64,000 nt of DNA from Halocafeteria seosinensis. Lineage: Eukaryota. The stretch's first letter is position 1, and each line of letters begins with the position of its first letter. Shown one piece after another: positions 61,140 through 64,000 of this stretch. The translations under genes and the position numbers were made by a program. Location: assembly GCA_001687465.1 (NCBI GenBank), contig LVLI01000172.1, positions 124,001 through 188,000 of the forward strand, read 5' to 3'. The notes under the pieces were generated by a model, which was not told the origin of the DNA, made no database searches, and saw only the letters and a list, made by a program, of their open reading frames with translations.

Positions 61140-64000
61140 TCACCCATTTATGAAAGAGTAATCGGTAGGATTTGTCTCTAACGTGTCAGCGTACTTTTCG
61201 CATAAGCTACGGAAACACTCCCAGAAACCGCGATAAGAGCTCATTCGCTCCATAGCTCGTTCAATCATAGGTTCTGTAGTGGCGTGCTTCAGGAGTACCT
61301 CAGAATGTTCTTTTCTCTGAACGACCACGTCCACAATCAGCTCCATTGAGCTCCAGAAATCTACACAATTTGAGAGAAGGTCATCAACACTTTGGAGCTC
61401 TTCCAAAGCATTCTGCAACCGTTCTCCTTGATCTTGAACTGGCATGGACGGTCTCCACAGTTCTGTCATACCGGCTCGCGGTCGGTGGTCAGGTTGGTCA
61501 GAAGTCTGTTTGCAGTCCTCCGTACCCTCCTCAAGTCCATAGCACCTTTGAAACAACCGAGTTACATCTTCAGGATCGTGCGCAACAAAGGGGGTGTTCA
61601 AAAAAACCTCCAGTAGAGCGCAGGCCGATAGGTCGTTGCAATTCCTGCAGTCATGCTGCGGCCCTAGTGCAGTTCGTACTAAGTCCCGAAGCGCTTCCGC
61701 GTGGCGCTGTCTTGAAGGAACGATAGCAAGAGAATTATCGTCTTCCTTCGTGGTTTCTTCTCCATCAAATGGTAGATGCTGAGACTCTTCCTCTTCAGGA
61801 GCACCGTGCTCGCCATGTTCGTTTCGCACTTCTTTGTGGTCATCTTCAATAGTGTCTCCACAGTGCTCCAATGCCTGCCGCCCAGCTCTGTCCGTGATTA
61901 TTCTAGCTCTTTGGAGAGAAGACTGCACACTCCATATCGTCTGTTGGTATTCAGTGCGAATAGAGATAGCTTCATCCTTCAACGTCACCAACCAATCTTT
62001 CAATTTGCCGAATAACTCATGAGCCACGTTAGTATCCTTATTTTGAACAGCAAGTTGCAGATCATCAAGTACCCCCAAAATGTTATCGGCTGAGTGCTTG
62101 AATCTAGTTAGGGCATGCTTGATGCGGTTCTCTAATTGCTTGCATGTTAATGCATGTCTTCGGATCACCTCTGAAGCTTGTGGTAAACCCTGGACGCTAC
62201 GATATGCCGCTTCAAAGTGTTTCCCAGTCGACCGCAGAAGATCTATGAGACTATCCAGGTCTAAAGAGCGTTTCACCGTCAACCTTATTTCATCGGAACA
62301 ATTACCCTTCAGACCTCCCACGGAGGTTAGAGCATCGGCTTCCCCGTCACTTTTATACTTCACATTCGTCATGGTCATTCCAGGGGTGTCCAAAGCACTA
62401 CCATTTGAGAAGCGGCCGGTGTCAGCGTGGTCGATTTGAGAGTCCGGTGTGCCGGTTGCGGAGACGCTTGTTTGCGTGAGTGAGACGGAATTGGAGCTTG
62501 TCTGTCCCTCCGCGGTGTCACTTTTCAAAGGAGACGATCGTTCCGAGGCAAACCATGGATGTTTCAAGCATTGATCCACCGATAATCGCTTCTCAGGGTC
62601 CACTTGCAGCATTCCCGTTATCAACTGTTTCGCATCAGAGGAGATATGTGTCCATACTGGTGGAGGAAAATGAAATGTGCCAGTTTTTATGCGTTCTTCC
62701 CATGACATTTGGGCGACTTGATCATTTTCATCACCCTCGTCTTCAGGGTACTCATCGAATGGGAGGTACCCAGCTAGCATAGCATAAAGAATGACCCCTA
62801 GACTCCACACGTCCACAGGCTTACCATACTTAGACGGCATCTGACGAGCGAAGAGCACCTCAGGCGCAACATACTGTGGACTGCCACAGAAAGTAGACGC
62901 GCCTCCGGCTGTGTTGCCAATGTAACGAGCGACACCAAAGTCGGCAATTTTGACCCGTAGTGCAACATCGCCATTTTCGTCGCTCCTGTTTGCTTCGTCC
63001 TTCGAATTCATAACCAGTATATTCTCAGGCTTTAAGTCTCTATGTATTATATTTTCCTGATGCATAAACTGGAGGGCTTGTAGCGCCTGTTTCATAACAT
63101 TTCTCGCCTGGTCCTCACTGAAATTGCCTGCTGAAACTAAGCTGTCAAACAACTCGCCACCCTTTGCATACTCAGTCACAATATACACGTAATGATCACT
63201 TTGATGAGAATACACATCAAACAAATGAATGATATTCAAGTGCTGACCAAGTTTTGAAAGCACTTGAACCTCATCGAGCAGTCTACTTTGCTTCCAGTTC
63301 TGACTTAGGCGAAACCGTTTTGTGTCGATGCACTTAACAGCTCGTTGTTCTCCATTCTCCCGATGAGTACACGTTCTTACAACGCTAAACGTTCCTCGAC
63401 CAATTATATCTCCTAACTCATAATCATCGTGGAAAGGCGTCTTCTTGATCTTCGCGTTGCCATCGCTACGACCGCTATCCAGTATATCGGTGCCGGTAGA
63501 ATCTCCTGTTCCTTGTCTATGGGTCGGCCGTTTAATTCTTAAAGGGGTCATCCCACTTGGTCTTACGTCACTCAGCTTCATATCGCTGTCCTCACTACCC
63601 CCCGCCTCGCTCTTGTTGTGTTCCGAGGCAGACAAGGGCTGCGAAGTCGAAGCTCCATCTCCTTTCAACTCCTCTGCTTCAAGTCGCGAGGTAGTTAAGC
63701 TCCGCTCGCTTTCGTAGCTTGCCGTTCGTTCCTCCACATTATGTTCCTTGTGCGAGGTGTTTTGCTGTTCCTCGAAACGGTTAACCTGCGGGGAGTGACT
63801 GTAAGACCGTCCCGAGGATGCTAAATAACCATTCCTACTAGTGTTTTGCTGCGATTTCCCAGACCCACGCCTATTCCGCACACTTGAGTACGCGCCATCT
63901 GCCCGCAAGTCATAATACGAAGAAGCATTGTAATCGCCCTGGTACTGAGCCGGGGTATCATAAGAATTTATATGCGTATCCCTAGTCTGACAAGCGTCCA
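61140..64000 (-). CDS. CAMK-group Ser/Thr kinase with long helical C-terminal domain (5' end outside window)
   Basis: GRGTFSVV, AVK, GGELFD, HRDLKPEN, DFG, CGSPQYVAPE, DVWSLG; the frame is open without an ATG up to the window edge. Confidence 0.92.
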   Translation of the reverse strand, partial: DACQTRDTHINSYDTPAQYQGDYNASSYYDLRADGAYSSVRNRRGSGKSQQNTSRNGYLASSGRSYSHSPQVNRFEEQQNTSHKEHNVEERTASYESERSLTTSRLEAEELKGDGASTSQPLSASEHNKSEAGGSEDSDMKLSDVRPSGMTPLRIKRPTHRQGTGDSTGTDILDSGRSDGNAKIKKTPFHDDYELGDIIGRGTFSVVRTCTHRENGEQRAVKCIDTKRFRLSQNWKQSRLLDEVQVLSKLGQHLNIIHLFDVYSHQSDHYVYIVTEYAKGGELFDSLVSAGNFSEDQARNVMKQALQALQFMHQENIIHRDLKPENILVMNSKDEANRSDENGDVALRVKIADFGVARYIGNTAGGASTFCGSPQYVAPEVLFARQMPSKYGKPVDVWSLGVILYAMLAGYLPFDEYPEDEGDENDQVAQMSWEERIKTGTFHFPPPVWTHISSDAKQLITGMLQVDPEKRLSVDQCLKHPWFASERSSPLKSDTAEGQTSSNSVSLTQTSVSATGTPDSQIDHADTGRFSNGSALDTPGMTMTNVKYKSDGEADALTSVGGLKGNCSDEIRLTVKRSLDLDSLIDLLRSTGKHFEAAYRSVQGLPQASEVIRRHALTCKQLENRIKHALTRFKHSADNILGVLDDLQLAVQNKDTNVAHELFGKLKDWLVTLKDEAISIRTEYQQTIWSVQSSLQRARIITDRAGRQALEHCGDTIEDDHKEVRNEHGEHGAPEEEESQHLPFDGEETTKEDDNSLAIVPSRQRHAEALRDLVRTALGPQHDCRNCNDLSACALLEVFLNTPFVAHDPEDVTRLFQRCYGLEEGTEDCKQTSDQPDHRPRAGMTELWRPSMPVQDQGERLQNALEELQSVDDLLSNCVDFWSSMELIVDVVVQRKEHSEVLLKHATTEPMIERAMERMSSYRGFWECFRSLCEKYADTLETNPTDYSFING

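Overview
This is a gene-dense eukaryotic window, most likely from a flagellated protist; the taxon cannot be determined from sequence alone. It uses the standard genetic code, has short spliceosomal introns (about 45-110 nt, GT-AG with one probable GC-AG) and very short intergenic spacers. About 19 protein-coding genes plus one doubtful small ORF can be reconstructed by splicing the ORF fragments. In order they are: a claudin-like 4-TM protein; a helical protein with a C-terminal U-box; a double tetraspanin-like plus beta-solenoid membrane protein; an FN3-coiled-coil protein; a WW-WW-kinase; a C-terminal J-domain membrane protein; an LRRC71-like LRR protein; two tandem TOM1/GPR137-like 7-TM paralogues; a 1483-aa NAK kinase-ANTH-ArfGAP-TKL kinase fusion; a large ARM protein; a TBCC-domain protein lacking the Arg finger; UBE2D; XRN1; an SLC19-like transporter; syntaxin-16; a TCP11-like protein; an APP1-like HAD phosphatase; and a CAMK-group kinase truncated by the window edge. 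No rRNA, tRNA, CRISPR array or intact mobile element was seen. The best leads are the dual-kinase endocytic fusion, several other unusual domain architectures, a highly structured palindromic non-coding element at about 5.04-5.12 kb, and a ~26-nt non-coding motif present three times. All family assignments come from motif recognition by eye, not from database searches.
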